A DNA stretch of 64,000 nt, taken from a virus (lineage: Duplodnaviria > Caudoviricetes). Position 1 is the stretch's first letter. Every line of letters starts with the position of its first letter. The notes beneath the pieces are model-generated. The model was not told the origin of the DNA. It searched no databases and saw nothing but the letters and a program-made list of their open reading frames with translations. The DNA lies in IMG/VR virus record IMGVR_UViG_3300020036_004254. The stretch is one strand, 5' to 3'. Both the position numbers and the translations under genes were made by a program. Shown here piece after piece: positions 40,891 to 51,474 of the stretch.

Positions 40891-42529
40891 AGATTTTGTT
40901 GAAGAAATTGATTATGAAGACGAAGACAATCAATCGTCCTATCATGGTAACCCCAATCTAAAACAGATTGGGGAAAAACGTGAATTTACACAGGAACAGG
41001 CTGATGAGTTAGCCAAGTGTATGACGGACCCAATCTACTTCATTGAAACCTATTGCAAGATTGTTTCCTTGGACCATGGATTGGTGCCATTTAAACTCTA
41101 TGAATGTCAAAAGAAAAAGGTTAAAACAATCCTTGGAAACCGTAAAGTTATTGTCATGGAACCGCGTCAGAACGGAAAGACGGTGGTTGCCGCTGGTTGC
41201 ATTTTGCACTACACTTTGTTTCAAGAACGTAAGAGTGTGGCGGTTTTGGCGAACAAAAAGGATGGTGCCTACGAAGTCATCGACCGATACAAGATTATGT
41301 ACGAAAATCTTCCTCGGTGGATGCAACACGGTGTCAAAAAATGGAACGAAGGTAGCGTTATTCTTGAGAACGGCAGTAAGGTATTTGCCGCCGCGACCAC
41401 CACGAGTGGTATCCGTGGTAAGTCTATTAACTGGTTGTATATTGACGAAGCGGCCATCATTGCCAACAACTTGGCAGAAAAATTCTTCGCCTCTGCCTTC
41501 CCGACCATTTCTTCTGGTAAAACCACGAAGATTCTCATGACTTCTACCCCACTGGGGTACAATCATTTCTGGAAGTTCTGGAACGAAGCGAAAACGGGGA
41601 AAAACGACTTTGTGCCATTGTTCATCCCGTATTGGGAAATCCCGGGTCGAGACGAGGCTTGGGCCTTGGAACGCAAGCGTGAACTGGGTCCGGTTAAATA
41701 TAATCAAGAGGTTGCCTGTGAGTTCTTGGGGTCATCCAACACCCTTATTAACGCAGAAACATTGGCAACCATGTCATCTGTTGAACCTCTTCGAACCAGT
41801 TTGAATTTGGATGTTTACGAAGAACCCAAAAAGGGACACACCTATGTGTTGATAGCTGATACGGGGCGCGGCGTCGGTGGCAACTTTTCAGCATTCAGTG
41901 TTATCGATGTAACCGAGGTTCCGTACAAGTTTGTCGCCAAATATCGAAGAAATGACATCGCCCCCATGCTGTACCCAACGGCCATTCACAAAACTGCTAA
42001 AGATTACAACGATGCCTATGTTTTGGCAGAAATCAACGATGCGGGTGGACAAATTGTTGATATTTTGTATTACGAGTATGAATATGAAAATATCATTAGC
42101 ACCGTCAATGAAAAGGGTAAAGTCTATGTCAGCCCGGGGTTTTCTAAGCAGACCACCCTTGGGGTACGAACCACTAAGAGTGTGAAGCGTCAGGGGTGTT
42201 TTGCAATCAAGAGCATCCTTGAAGAACACAAAATGGAGCTTTTTGACGCGGAAACCATCAAGGAGTTTTCCACATTTGTTGAGAAAAACGGTGTCTACAT
42301 GGCCGACGAGGGGTATGAAGACGATTTGGCCATGGGATTGGTGTTGTTCGGATGGCTGACTACCAACCAATATTTTACCGAATTGACAGATATCAACATT
42401 CGAAAGAAGCTCTATGCTGAACAAATGAAGCAAATTGAGGAAGAAATGACCCCGTTTGGGCTTATTCAGGACGGTACAGAAGAAGAATATTTTGTAGACG
42501 GAGGGGATGTTTGGCGTAATGTCGAATAA
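40862..42529 (+). CDS. gp17: Terminase large subunit gp17
   Basis: 'Y.GNPNLK', Walker A 'PRQNGKT', Walker B 'YIDEAA', 'STPLG.NHF' and nuclease 'D..RG.G..', 'DDL.M'. The start may be ATG 40880. Confidence 0.97.
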   Translation: MKSNLQMITEDFVEEIDYEDEDNQSSYHGNPNLKQIGEKREFTQEQADELAKCMTDPIYFIETYCKIVSLDHGLVPFKLYECQKKKVKTILGNRKVIVMEPRQNGKTVVAAGCILHYTLFQERKSVAVLANKKDGAYEVIDRYKIMYENLPRWMQHGVKKWNEGSVILENGSKVFAAATTTSGIRGKSINWLYIDEAAIIANNLAEKFFASAFPTISSGKTTKILMTSTPLGYNHFWKFWNEAKTGKNDFVPLFIPYWEIPGRDEAWALERKRELGPVKYNQEVACEFLGSSNTLINAETLATMSSVEPLRTSLNLDVYEEPKKGHTYVLIADTGRGVGGNFSAFSVIDVTEVPYKFVAKYRRNDIAPMLYPTAIHKTAKDYNDAYVLAEINDAGGQIVDILYYEYEYENIISTVNEKGKVYVSPGFSKQTTLGVRTTKSVKRQGCFAIKSILEEHKMELFDAETIKEFSTFVEKNGVYMADEGYEDDLAMGLVLFGWLTTNQYFTELTDINIRKKLYAEQMKQIEEEMTPFGLIQDGTEEEYFVDGGDVWRNVE

Positions 42530-42537
42530 CCTCAAAG

Positions 42538-42545
42538 TATAAATA
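42538..42545 (+). promoter_or_regulatory. T4-type late promoter TATAAATA
   Basis: Perfect consensus upstream of gp18; a weaker TGTAAATA lies at 42631. Confidence 0.8.
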
Positions 42546-42668
42546 CAGAGTACAACAATTCCTCGCATAAGAGCCGTGTCTTTTCCTCGCTCGTAATGAT
42601 AATGCAAAGTGTGATGAAGGGGAAACGAATTGTAAATACACTCATTATCTCAAATAGGAGCAAATCTA

Positions 42669-44576
42669 ATGGCATTTCAACTTTCTCCCGGCGTTACTGT
42701 CGTAGAAACTGACCTAACTACTACTATCCCTTCGGTTCCTACCTCAATTGGTGGGTTCGTTGGACAGTTTCAGTGGGGACCAGTTCTTGACGTACAGGAT
42801 ATCGCGTCAGAGCTAAACCTTATTCGGTATTTCGGAAAGCCGAACGCCAGCACGTACACCAGTTTCTTTTCCGCCGCAAACTTCCTTGCATACGCCAACA
42901 ATCTGAAGTTGGTTCGTGTTGTTGGGTCTGGTGCGGTAAATGCGGTGGCCGATGGTTCTGCCGTGGCAGTGTTGAACAGCACCTCATGGGAAGATTCATA
43001 TTCCACGGACAATGCTGATGCGTATGGTCCGTTTGCGGCGAAGTACCCGGGTCTATTGGGTAACAGCCTTCGGGTGTCTATCGCTGACAGCGCAACATTC
43101 GAAAAGACCTTGACTGGTTTGATTACTACCACAAACAACAGCGCAACGGTGAGCGGAGCCAGCGGAACATTGTTCCTGACGGAGTTGCACATCGGTGCTA
43201 AGATGTATTCCGGTGGTGTTTTGCTTGGTACGGTATTGTCCATTGCCAGCGACACATCAGCCACCCTTACTGCTGTCTGTACCAACGCGGCAGGTAACGT
43301 CTTTACGTCTGCCGTAGGTAAGGCATACTGGGTATTCCGTGACCTGTTCGACAGCGCACCGGGAACCTCAACCTACGCGGAACAGTTCGGTGGGTCATTG
43401 GACGAAGTTCACATGATTGTTGAAGACCATGACGGATTGTTCACGGGCACCCCGGGAACCATTCTTGAGAAGTTTGTTGGTGCATCAAAGGCCGTTGACG
43501 CGAAGACGTTCGACGGGGCAACTAACTATTACAAGGAACTTCTTGCCACATCAGATTATGTGTGGTGGATGGACGCTCCTACCGCATGGTTGGACACCGA
43601 TAACTGGGGTTCTGCGTCATCAGCAACATTTGAAACATTGAATGGTGCCGTGGTATGCAAGCTTGCTGGTGGTTTGGATGGGTCAACACCGTCTGTTGGA
43701 AACGTTGAAGCGGGTTACGACCTGTTCCTTGACGCAGACCTTGTTGACGTAAACATTTTGTTCACGGGTCATTGGTCAATGGCTGTTGGTAAGTATGTCA
43801 TCGAAAACATCGCTGAAGTCCGAAAGGACTGCGTGGTGACGGTTTCCCCTTCATTGGCCTCTGTGTATAACAACGGCGGAAGTGAGGCAGAAGACATTGT
43901 CACAGAACGAACAGCGGTTGCATTTAACGTAAACAGTTCATATGGATTTATGGACGGTAACTGGAAGTATCAGTACGATAAGTACAATGATGTGTACCGT
44001 TGGATTCCGTTGAATCCTGATGTGGCGGGTTTGATGGCACGTACTGACGACACAAACGACCCATGGTGGAGTCCGGGTGGTTTGACCCGTGGTCAGATTA
44101 AGAACGTGACCAAGTTGGCGTGGAACCCGACGCAGTCGGCCCGTGACACCCTGTACAAGAATGGCATCAACCCAGTCATCACCAAGCGTGGACAGGGAAC
44201 CGTTCTGTGGGGAGACAAGACGCTGTTGTCCAAGCCGTCTGCCTTTGACCGCATCAACGTGCGCCGTCTCTTCATTGTGTTGGAGAAGAGCATTGCGATT
44301 GCTGGCGAGACGCAGTTGTTCGAATTTAACGATGCATTCACCCGCTCGTATTTCCGCAACGTGGTTGAACCATTCCTTCGTGATGTGAAGTCTCGTCGCG
44401 GTGTTACGGATTTCATGGTGGTGTGTAACGAAACAAACAACACCGAAGAAGTAATCAACGGTAACGAGTTTGTGGCTGACATCTATATCAAACCAACGAG
44501 AAGCATCAACTTCATCACTTTGAATTTTGTGGCAACCCGTGAGGGTGTTTCGTTCACAGAAATTCAGGGTGCCTAA
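42669..44576 (+). CDS. gp18: Tail sheath protein gp18
   Basis: 'MAFQLSPGV...E.D.T', 'KYQYDKYND.YRW.P.N.D.AG' and 'GDKT.....SAFDRINVRRLF'. Confidence 0.98.
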   Translation: MAFQLSPGVTVVETDLTTTIPSVPTSIGGFVGQFQWGPVLDVQDIASELNLIRYFGKPNASTYTSFFSAANFLAYANNLKLVRVVGSGAVNAVADGSAVAVLNSTSWEDSYSTDNADAYGPFAAKYPGLLGNSLRVSIADSATFEKTLTGLITTTNNSATVSGASGTLFLTELHIGAKMYSGGVLLGTVLSIASDTSATLTAVCTNAAGNVFTSAVGKAYWVFRDLFDSAPGTSTYAEQFGGSLDEVHMIVEDHDGLFTGTPGTILEKFVGASKAVDAKTFDGATNYYKELLATSDYVWWMDAPTAWLDTDNWGSASSATFETLNGAVVCKLAGGLDGSTPSVGNVEAGYDLFLDADLVDVNILFTGHWSMAVGKYVIENIAEVRKDCVVTVSPSLASVYNNGGSEAEDIVTERTAVAFNVNSSYGFMDGNWKYQYDKYNDVYRWIPLNPDVAGLMARTDDTNDPWWSPGGLTRGQIKNVTKLAWNPTQSARDTLYKNGINPVITKRGQGTVLWGDKTLLSKPSAFDRINVRRLFIVLEKSIAIAGETQLFEFNDAFTRSYFRNVVEPFLRDVKSRRGVTDFMVVCNETNNTEEVINGNEFVADIYIKPTRSINFITLNFVATREGVSFTEIQGA

Positions 44577-44601
44577 CATATACAGTTTAAGGAGAATATA
44601 G

Positions 44602-45177
44602 ATGGCAGAACTAATGAATATCAACGACTTTAAGACTCGTTTGGGCGCGGGTGGTGCGCGTCCAAACCAGTTTAAGGTATGGTTAAACTTCCCGTCACCA
44701 ATTCCCAGTGCGGATTCTGACAACCTAATGGTGACGGCGGCATCGCTTCCGGCATCAAACGTCAACCCCACGATTGTGCAGTATCGCGGTCGTGAAGTCA
44801 AGCTTGCTGGTGAAAGAACCTATGACCCATGGACCATTACTGTTATCAACGACACGAAAATGTCGTTGCGTAGCAAGTTTGAGCAGTGGTCAAACATGAT
44901 GAACATCCGAGACAACAACGGGGGTGTCACACTTCCTGCGAAGTATATGGTTGATTTTTCGGTTGAGCAACTGGACCGAAACAACGAAATCATCAGAACA
45001 TACGGATTCTATGGGGCATTCCCCATCACGGTATCTGAAGTTGGTCTGTCGTATGGGTCCAACGATGTTATCTCAGAATTCACCGTAACGTTCCAATATC
45101 AGTCTTTTGAGATTCTCAACCCTAGCTTTGCACGAGTGGTTCCAGCAAACGATAACGCCGTTGGCGTCAATCGGTAA
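44602..45177 (+). CDS. gp19: Tail tube protein gp19
   Basis: 'F...L..GGARPN.F.V', 'A..LP.S.......YRGR.VK.AG.RT...WT.T..ND' and 'EFTVTF.YQ'. Confidence 0.96.
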   Translation: MAELMNINDFKTRLGAGGARPNQFKVWLNFPSPIPSADSDNLMVTAASLPASNVNPTIVQYRGREVKLAGERTYDPWTITVINDTKMSLRSKFEQWSNMMNIRDNNGGVTLPAKYMVDFSVEQLDRNNEIIRTYGFYGAFPITVSEVGLSYGSNDVISEFTVTFQYQSFEILNPSFARVVPANDNAVGVNR

Positions 45178-45202
45178 TAGCACCCTTTAATCGGGACACA
45201 TA

Positions 45203-46849
45203 ATGGCATTTGATATTTTTGGATACACAATTCGTCAGGAGGAGCCACAACAAGCGCAAAAAAGCTTTGTTCCTCCTTCTGACGATGGAGCGTATGATAC
45301 GTTTAGAGCAGGTGGTCACTTTGCGACTTATCTTGACCTTGACGGTGCGGCAAAGACAGAAGGAGAGTTAATCAAGAAATATCGTGACATTTCTATGATG
45401 GCCGATGTGGACATGGCTATTGAAGATATCGTCAACGAATCGATTGCGAACGTGGACAACGATGCGCCAATCAAGATTAACTTGACCAAGGTTAAGTTAT
45501 CAGACAATATCAAAAAAGACGTAGAAAAGGCGTTTCATAAAATTGAACGGTTGATGAAGTTGGATAAACGCGCACAAGATTACTTCCGTCGGTGGTACAT
45601 CGATGGGCGAATCCACTTCCATAAAGTCATCGATGTCACCAAAAAGAAGGAAGGGTTGAAAGACATTCGATACATCGACCCAAGAAAAATCAAGAAGGTT
45701 CGTGAAATCCACAGAGAAAAAGATTTAAAGACTGGTGTGGATTTCATCAAGAAAACTGAAGAATATTTCGTATACAATTCCTCTGGTGTAGCGGCGACCC
45801 GTGGGTCATCTACCCCAATATCAACACAGGGATTGAAGATTACAAAGGATTCTATTGCGTATGCACCGTCTGGTCTAATCGACCAAGATAACAATATGGT
45901 GTTGAGTTATATGCACAAGGCTATTAAACCAGCCAACCAGTTGCGTATGATGGAAAACGCCTTGGTAATTTACCGTTTGGCTCGTGCCCCAGAACGTCGA
46001 ATTTTCTACATCGATGTGGGTAATCTTCCAAAGATTAAGGCCGAGCAATACGTAAAAGACCAGATGAATCGGTACCGCAACAAACTGGTCTACGATTCGA
46101 ACACAGGTGAACTCCGAGACGACAAGAAGTACATGTCGATGCTGGAAGATTTTTGGTTGCCCCGTCGTGAAGGTGGAAAGGGCACCGAAATCGATACACT
46201 CCCGGGTGGTGATAACCTTGGTCAAATCGAAGACGTTATTTACTTCCAGAAGAAACTCTATCAGGCGTTAAACGTTCCGATGTCTCGTTTGGAACAGCAA
46301 GGTGGGTTGAACTTTGGTCGTGCCGCTGAAATCACCAGAGACGAGTTGAAGTTTGTCAAGTTCATTGACAAGTTGCAGAATAAGTTCAGCACGGTTATAC
46401 ACGATTTGGTACAGACCGAGTTGTTGTTGACCAATGTCATGACCAGTCAGGAATGGGAAGACATTCAATATGACATTCGTTACGACTTTGCTCAGGATGC
46501 CTACTATGCCGAGTCCAAGAAGCAAGAGATTCTTCGGTCGCGTTTTGATTTGCTTGGGTTGATTGCTCCGTATCAGGGATTGTTTGTTGATATGAAGTAT
46601 TGCATGAAGGAAGTATTGAACATGACCGATGACGAAATCAAGGATATCAACGAAGGTATCAAGAAAGACCCACCGAACCCCATGGGTATGGGTGGCATGA
46701 TTCCGGGTGGTGGAAATCCGATGTTGGACCCCCAGTCACCCATCTTGAAAGCCTCTGTCGCACCAAAACCCAACACTTCTAAGACTGCACCCAAAAAGCC
46801 AAAGGCCAAGGCTCCTGCGGGTGGGTCATCAGCCGGGAAGCCTAAGTAA
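45203..46849 (+). CDS. gp20: Portal protein gp20
   Basis: 'FRRWYIDGR', 'AIKP.NQLRM.E...VIYR..RAPERRIFYIDVGNLPK.KAEQY' and 'EDFWLPRREGGKGTEI.TLPGG'. Confidence 0.98.
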   Translation: MAFDIFGYTIRQEEPQQAQKSFVPPSDDGAYDTFRAGGHFATYLDLDGAAKTEGELIKKYRDISMMADVDMAIEDIVNESIANVDNDAPIKINLTKVKLSDNIKKDVEKAFHKIERLMKLDKRAQDYFRRWYIDGRIHFHKVIDVTKKKEGLKDIRYIDPRKIKKVREIHREKDLKTGVDFIKKTEEYFVYNSSGVAATRGSSTPISTQGLKITKDSIAYAPSGLIDQDNNMVLSYMHKAIKPANQLRMMENALVIYRLARAPERRIFYIDVGNLPKIKAEQYVKDQMNRYRNKLVYDSNTGELRDDKKYMSMLEDFWLPRREGGKGTEIDTLPGGDNLGQIEDVIYFQKKLYQALNVPMSRLEQQGGLNFGRAAEITRDELKFVKFIDKLQNKFSTVIHDLVQTELLLTNVMTSQEWEDIQYDIRYDFAQDAYYAESKKQEILRSRFDLLGLIAPYQGLFVDMKYCMKEVLNMTDDEIKDINEGIKKDPPNPMGMGGMIPGGGNPMLDPQSPILKASVAPKPNTSKTAPKKPKAKAPAGGSSAGKPK

Positions 46850-48099
46850 TGTCAAAATTGTTGAACGAAAGAAATTCCGAAAACAAATCCAAGAAAAACC
46901 AGTGGTTCAAGGATACCTCGGCACGAACGCAAGAAGGTGATGGGTCCAAGCGTGATGGTCGAGAGATTGCTCAAGGTGGTCGTGGAATGGACCACGTGTT
47001 CAATCGTAATCGCGCCCAAGAGAAGTTTCGTCAGAAATTTGGAAAATATAAGTTTGTCCCACGAAAAATGACTTCAGAGGAAAATGATATGTCAAAAAAA
47101 GATGAAGGGTCAGTTGCAATAAACGAAATGAAGTACGGCGCAACCCATGAGTTCCGTGGAACTACGGAGTTTATGTCAAAGTGTGCAGACAAAGTCCTGA
47201 AGAAGCACGGAATTCAGGTACATAGCATTGAAACATTGCCAGACGAAAAGGAGACTATTTACCACGTGAGTGGTTCTGTCGATGCCATTTCTAAAGCCTC
47301 TTCTGCGTTGTGGGATGAGGTGAGTGGAAGTTCAAAGCCCATTGCATACAAGCCAACAAAGTTTCAAGGTTCACATAAAAAGTATGTTGTAGAAGAAACC
47401 GAACTCAACGAGGAAGAAATGGAAACAGAACAGGATATGACCACAGAAGAAATTCTTGAAGTTGGCCCAGCGGCTATTATGTCGGCTATCTCCACCGATA
47501 GTGAAGATGCAGATGAAATCTTTCAGTCTGTCATGGGAGCCAAGATTGACCACATTCTAGACGGTCTTAAGAATGAGCTTGCCGCTGGAATGTTTGAGAC
47601 ACCAGAGGAAGTGACGACAGAAAATCTTATTGCTGTATTGGGCGACATCGGCGTTGAGTTGACGGAAGAGCAGTTGGAAGAGGCGAAGTTGAGTGGCGAG
47701 GGCCGCAAGATTTCTACCTCGGATGCCAACGCACACAAGGCACAGGAAGCAGAGCATCGCGGTGATTTTGCCGGGGCTAAGGTATTCTGGAAGCGTTCTG
47801 GGTTGAATCGTATTGGCACCAAGAACGGCAGTGCCGCCAACCTCAAGCTTCAGATTCGCGGGAAGAGTGTTCGAAAGGAAGATGTCGCAGACATCCTATC
47901 CAGCTTTGGGGTAAATCTCACGGAAGAACAGCTTGAAATCGCAGAAGCCAGCCTATGGAAGCCACAGGCCGCTGGGTTCACCAAGAAGGGTGTTCCGCCG
48001 AAAAAGGGTATGAAGAAGTCTGGTGAGTATGACAAGGCCGCACACGAAAAGTCATCGTCTGCCAGCATGGTTGACCAGATGACCGCAAAGAATCGCTAA
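46849..48099 (+). CDS. Prohead core/internal head protein (contains a gp67-like segment)
   Basis: Lies between gp20 and gp21. Segment 'I.SAI.......A.E.F...M..KI...LD..K..LA..MF' resembles gp67; many (L/I)xE sites. Confidence 0.55.
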   Translation: MSKLLNERNSENKSKKNQWFKDTSARTQEGDGSKRDGREIAQGGRGMDHVFNRNRAQEKFRQKFGKYKFVPRKMTSEENDMSKKDEGSVAINEMKYGATHEFRGTTEFMSKCADKVLKKHGIQVHSIETLPDEKETIYHVSGSVDAISKASSALWDEVSGSSKPIAYKPTKFQGSHKKYVVEETELNEEEMETEQDMTTEEILEVGPAAIMSAISTDSEDADEIFQSVMGAKIDHILDGLKNELAAGMFETPEEVTTENLIAVLGDIGVELTEEQLEEAKLSGEGRKISTSDANAHKAQEAEHRGDFAGAKVFWKRSGLNRIGTKNGSAANLKLQIRGKSVRKEDVADILSSFGVNLTEEQLEIAEASLWKPQAAGFTKKGVPPKKGMKKSGEYDKAAHEKSSSASMVDQMTAKNR

Positions 48100-48100
48100 C

Positions 48101-49036
48101 ATGGAACCTATTTCACATGAGGCTCTACAAGATATCCTCCACGATGTACTCGTGGAGGAAGGTGTAGAGTTGACAGAAGTCGTCAATCGTGTGGCAAAGC
48201 GGTTGGCGACGGGAACCAAACCTCGAAAGCGTTTGACCCCCAGTAAGTATTTGAAGAAATACGGTAACCGTTGGCACAACCTGAAAGAAGATGCGGAAGA
48301 ACTTTCTGAAGAGCTAAATCCCGCCACGCGAGAAGATTCGCCTTCTCTCGCACATAAATATACCAAGAAGAACAAAGAGACGGCAGAAGTACGCCGTGTG
48401 GGTATCGATGGAACCTTGCACGAAGCCAAGGGCATGACGCCAACGAAAGCCAAGAAAGAAGAGCGCATTGCCAAAAACCGCACCTTGAAAAATAAGTTCC
48501 GCGACCTTGATGCCAAGCACGAAATGCGAACGTCATCATCAGGCGTTCCGCATACAGCGTCGGGAAAGCGCATGACGTTTGAAGAAGTCATTCCTGCCAA
48601 AGGAAACAAGAAAGACAAGCGAGCCGATGTGGTTGCCAAGGAACTCCCGACCATGCCAGCCGGAATGAATGCTGGTATGCGTATGATGCCTGAAGAAATT
48701 CTTCACGAAATCTCAAGAGATAAGATTTACGGTGCTTACAAGGAACGCTACACGTTGGCAAAAGCACACACCACGGTTGGTAACAAGGCCGAGGCAGAAA
48801 AGAATGCTCATAAGGCATTGAAACATGCGGAATATCATGCGGGATACAACGATTCGCGTGAAAAGTATGCGAAGATTGCGTCCGCTCGTGCGGAAATCGC
48901 CAAACGTGCGAAAAAGGTGCGGAAAGAAGAACCCGCTTCTAAAAAAAAGCCAGAAGCAACACCCGCACCAGAACCAAAGAAGAAAGGGGCATCGAAAAAG
49001 AGTACCCCCAAGACCCCAACTACGAAAGAGGAATAA
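48101..49036 (+). CDS. Lys-rich prohead core/internal head protein
   Basis: Lies between gp20 and gp21; basic blocks separated by LxE motifs (ELTE, NLKE, TLHE, ILHE). Confidence 0.5.
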   Translation: MEPISHEALQDILHDVLVEEGVELTEVVNRVAKRLATGTKPRKRLTPSKYLKKYGNRWHNLKEDAEELSEELNPATREDSPSLAHKYTKKNKETAEVRRVGIDGTLHEAKGMTPTKAKKEERIAKNRTLKNKFRDLDAKHEMRTSSSGVPHTASGKRMTFEEVIPAKGNKKDKRADVVAKELPTMPAGMNAGMRMMPEEILHEISRDKIYGAYKERYTLAKAHTTVGNKAEAEKNAHKALKHAEYHAGYNDSREKYAKIASARAEIAKRAKKVRKEEPASKKKPEATPAPEPKKKGASKKSTPKTPTTKEE

Positions 49037-49039
49037 CCG

Positions 49040-49417
49040 ATGGCTATAACCGTACTGAAGAAAACACCAATTCATTGTGTGGTGAAAGTATCTGGGGCTA
49101 GTACAGAAACTATTACATTAGCTACCACATTACTTTTTGGTCCAAATGAAGTGGCGAATAATCCCCGTGTAGATATTATGGGCCTACATTGGTGCATTCC
49201 GGGTGCAACGGCGGCAACTGTTGTGAGAAATGGTGTAACCGTCTTTTCATTGATTGGGGCGTGGGGTGAACAGTTTAACGGGTTTTCAGACACGCAAGAA
49301 AACGAATCAAACATTTCCGTCACCATTCCTGCGGGTGGTGGACAAGTCATTTTGGAATTGTTAAAGGTGTCTGGATATGGCAACACACAGCACCGCAACT
49401 TCAATCAGGACGGCTAA
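49040..49417 (+). CDS. Hypothetical protein upstream of prohead protease
   Basis: GAGGA RBS, tight packing, beta-rich; ends '.LELLKVSGY'. Confidence 0.6.
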   Translation: MAITVLKKTPIHCVVKVSGASTETITLATTLLFGPNEVANNPRVDIMGLHWCIPGATAATVVRNGVTVFSLIGAWGEQFNGFSDTQENESNISVTIPAGGGQVILELLKVSGYGNTQHRNFNQDG

Positions 49418-49419
49418 TC

Positions 49420-50073
49420 ATGAAGATTATTCAAGAGATTAACGAAGAGGTTCAAGTTCTTACCGAGGGAAAGGGTGAGAGCAAGACGTATTTCATCGAA
49501 GGTGTGTACTTGCAGGGGAACATCGCTAACCGAAACAAGCGGTTGTATCCCATGAACACCCTGAGAGAAAAAGTTGAATCCTACAACAAGAACTACGTAG
49601 AGGCCAAGCGAGCCTTTGGTGAACTGGGACATCCAAACGGACCCACCATCAACATGGACCGCGTGTCTCACATGATTACCTCGTTGAAAGAAGATGGAAA
49701 TAACTTTATTGGTCGTGCCAAAATCATGGACACCCCGATGGGTAAAATTGTCAAAACCTTTATTGATGAGGGAGCAAAGTTCGGTGTTTCGTCACGTGGA
49801 CTTGGCACACTCAAGTTGAATTCTAATGGTATCAACGAGGTGCAAAATGATTTCTATCTTGCAACTGCCGCTGATATCGTGGCTGACCCGTCTGCCCCAG
49901 ACGCCTTTGTGCAGGGCATCATGGAGGGTCGTGAATGGTTCTTCGATAGCAAAAAGGGAGAATGGCATTTTCAGGAGCAGGAAGAGATTAAAGAAATGAT
50001 TACCAAGGCCAAAAAGCATCAGTTGGCTGAAGTGAAAATGTTAGCATTTGAGAGATTTTTGAAGGGGTTTTAA
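49420..50073 (+). CDS. gp21: Prohead protease gp21
   Basis: 'IEG..LQ....NRN.R.YP', 'A.GELGHP.GP.IN.DRVSH', 'GVSSRG.G' and 'DIVADPSAPDAFV.GIME'. Confidence 0.97.
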   Translation: MKIIQEINEEVQVLTEGKGESKTYFIEGVYLQGNIANRNKRLYPMNTLREKVESYNKNYVEAKRAFGELGHPNGPTINMDRVSHMITSLKEDGNNFIGRAKIMDTPMGKIVKTFIDEGAKFGVSSRGLGTLKLNSNGINEVQNDFYLATAADIVADPSAPDAFVQGIMEGREWFFDSKKGEWHFQEQEEIKEMITKAKKHQLAEVKMLAFERFLKGF

Positions 50074-50095
50074 GGCAAGTGAAAGAACGTCCGAG

Positions 50096-50103
50096 TATAA
50101 ATA
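50096..50103 (+). promoter_or_regulatory. T4-type late promoter TATAAATA
   Basis: Perfect consensus upstream of gp22. Confidence 0.8.
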
Positions 50104-50138
50104 CAAACATATGTCACACCAATTTTAGGAGAGCATAA

Positions 50139-51461
50139 ATGTCACTTAAGAAAAAGATGATGGGCCTACTTGAAGCATATCCCGGATACGGCAAGAACCG
50201 TGAGTCGGATTCTCCGTCGCAGGGGTCTTCAAAGAAGCCTGAGGTTCAGGTTCTAGAGAAGGGAAGCGGTGGTGGAAAGACCATCCGTAAGTCAAATGCT
50301 GGCCTTGCACCGTTGGGTGCGAAGGTTGGTGCATTTGAAGAGAAGCCATCCAAGCAGGGTAGCTCACAGGATGCTCCTTCACAAGACCTTGGCAAAGACC
50401 CGGGCGAGCCAGCATTCCGAAAGGCTAAGGGCAAGGCTGGTATTGCAATGAAGGGTCCGGTTGGTAAGGCTCCGAATTTCAAGACAGTTTCCGACCCTGC
50501 CTCTGTGGTGAACATGTCTTCATCAAAGGGTAACGTGCATCAGGAAGAAACCGAAACCGACGAAGAGTTGGTGGAGACGGAAGTCGAGGAGACAGAAGTC
50601 GAAGAGACTGAGGAAGTCGAAGAGTCTGAATTGACCGAGAAGAAGGAAGAGAAGGAAGAGGACGACGACGAAGACGAGGACGAGGATAAAGAGAAGAAGG
50701 ATAAGAAGGAAGCGTTTACCAAGCTGAAGAAGGAAGAGCTTGAGCGTGACGTTGCCAATCTTTTCTCTGAGGAAGTAGACTTGACCGAAGAGTTCAAGAA
50801 TAAGGCAACTGCGTTGTTCGAGGCCGCTGTTGTTGCTCGTGTTGCCCACGAAATGTCATTGGTTGAGGACGCGATTGCGGCCAAGGCGATTGAGATTATT
50901 GCCGAAAACGAAAATGCGCTGATTGAGAAAATCGATGCGTATTTGACGTTGGTTGCAGAACAGTGGATTGCTGACAACGAAGTCGCCGTAGAGAACATGC
51001 TTCGCACCGAGATTGCGGAGAACTTCATGGAAAGTCTACACACCTGTTTTGCCGAGAACTACATCACGGTCCCCGATGAGAAGTACGATGTAATCGGTGA
51101 AATGCAGGAAGCCTTGGATTCTCTTGCAGAGTCACATGAGGAAATTCTTAATGACGCTTCTGCCTTGGCGGAAGAGTTGATTGCGTTGAAGCGCGACAAG
51201 GTTGTCTCTCAGGTAACTGAGGGCATGGCCAAGACGCAGGTAGAAAAGTTCGTTTCTTTGATTGAAGAAGTGACTTTTGAAGACGAAGAGTCTTTCACCG
51301 ACAAGCTATCTATCGTCAAGAAGAATTTGTTCTCGGGTAGTGTTTCTGCCCCGCAGAATGTAGTGGAAGAAGTGGATGGGTCAGAGGCGATTATCTCTGA
51401 GGCAGTTGACCCCGAGATTGCGGCATTGAATGCCAAGATTTCTGGAAAACCGCGATTCTAG
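50139..51461 (+). CDS. gp22: Prohead core scaffold gp22 with a basic N-terminal extension
   Basis: 'L.EEFK.KA...FEAAV' and 'D.YL..V.E.W...N..A.E...R.EI.E.F...L...F.E.Y..VP.EK.DV'. Confidence 0.93.
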   Translation: MSLKKKMMGLLEAYPGYGKNRESDSPSQGSSKKPEVQVLEKGSGGGKTIRKSNAGLAPLGAKVGAFEEKPSKQGSSQDAPSQDLGKDPGEPAFRKAKGKAGIAMKGPVGKAPNFKTVSDPASVVNMSSSKGNVHQEETETDEELVETEVEETEVEETEEVEESELTEKKEEKEEDDDEDEDEDKEKKDKKEAFTKLKKEELERDVANLFSEEVDLTEEFKNKATALFEAAVVARVAHEMSLVEDAIAAKAIEIIAENENALIEKIDAYLTLVAEQWIADNEVAVENMLRTEIAENFMESLHTCFAENYITVPDEKYDVIGEMQEALDSLAESHEEILNDASALAEELIALKRDKVVSQVTEGMAKTQVEKFVSLIEEVTFEDEESFTDKLSIVKKNLFSGSVSAPQNVVEEVDGSEAIISEAVDPEIAALNAKISGKPRF

Positions 51462-51474
51462 AAATTCTGGATTG

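Noticed and set aside
42546-42668. Structured RNA or riboswitch in the gp18 leader
   Set aside because: Only weak, short complementarity (tttcctc/ggggaaa) is visible; it cannot be supported without covariation data.
41009-44801. Long antisense ORFs opposite gp17/gp18 (and similarly opposite gp22, gp23, uvsW)
   Set aside because: They fully overlap highly conserved + strand genes, show no recognisable motifs, and are explained by codon bias.
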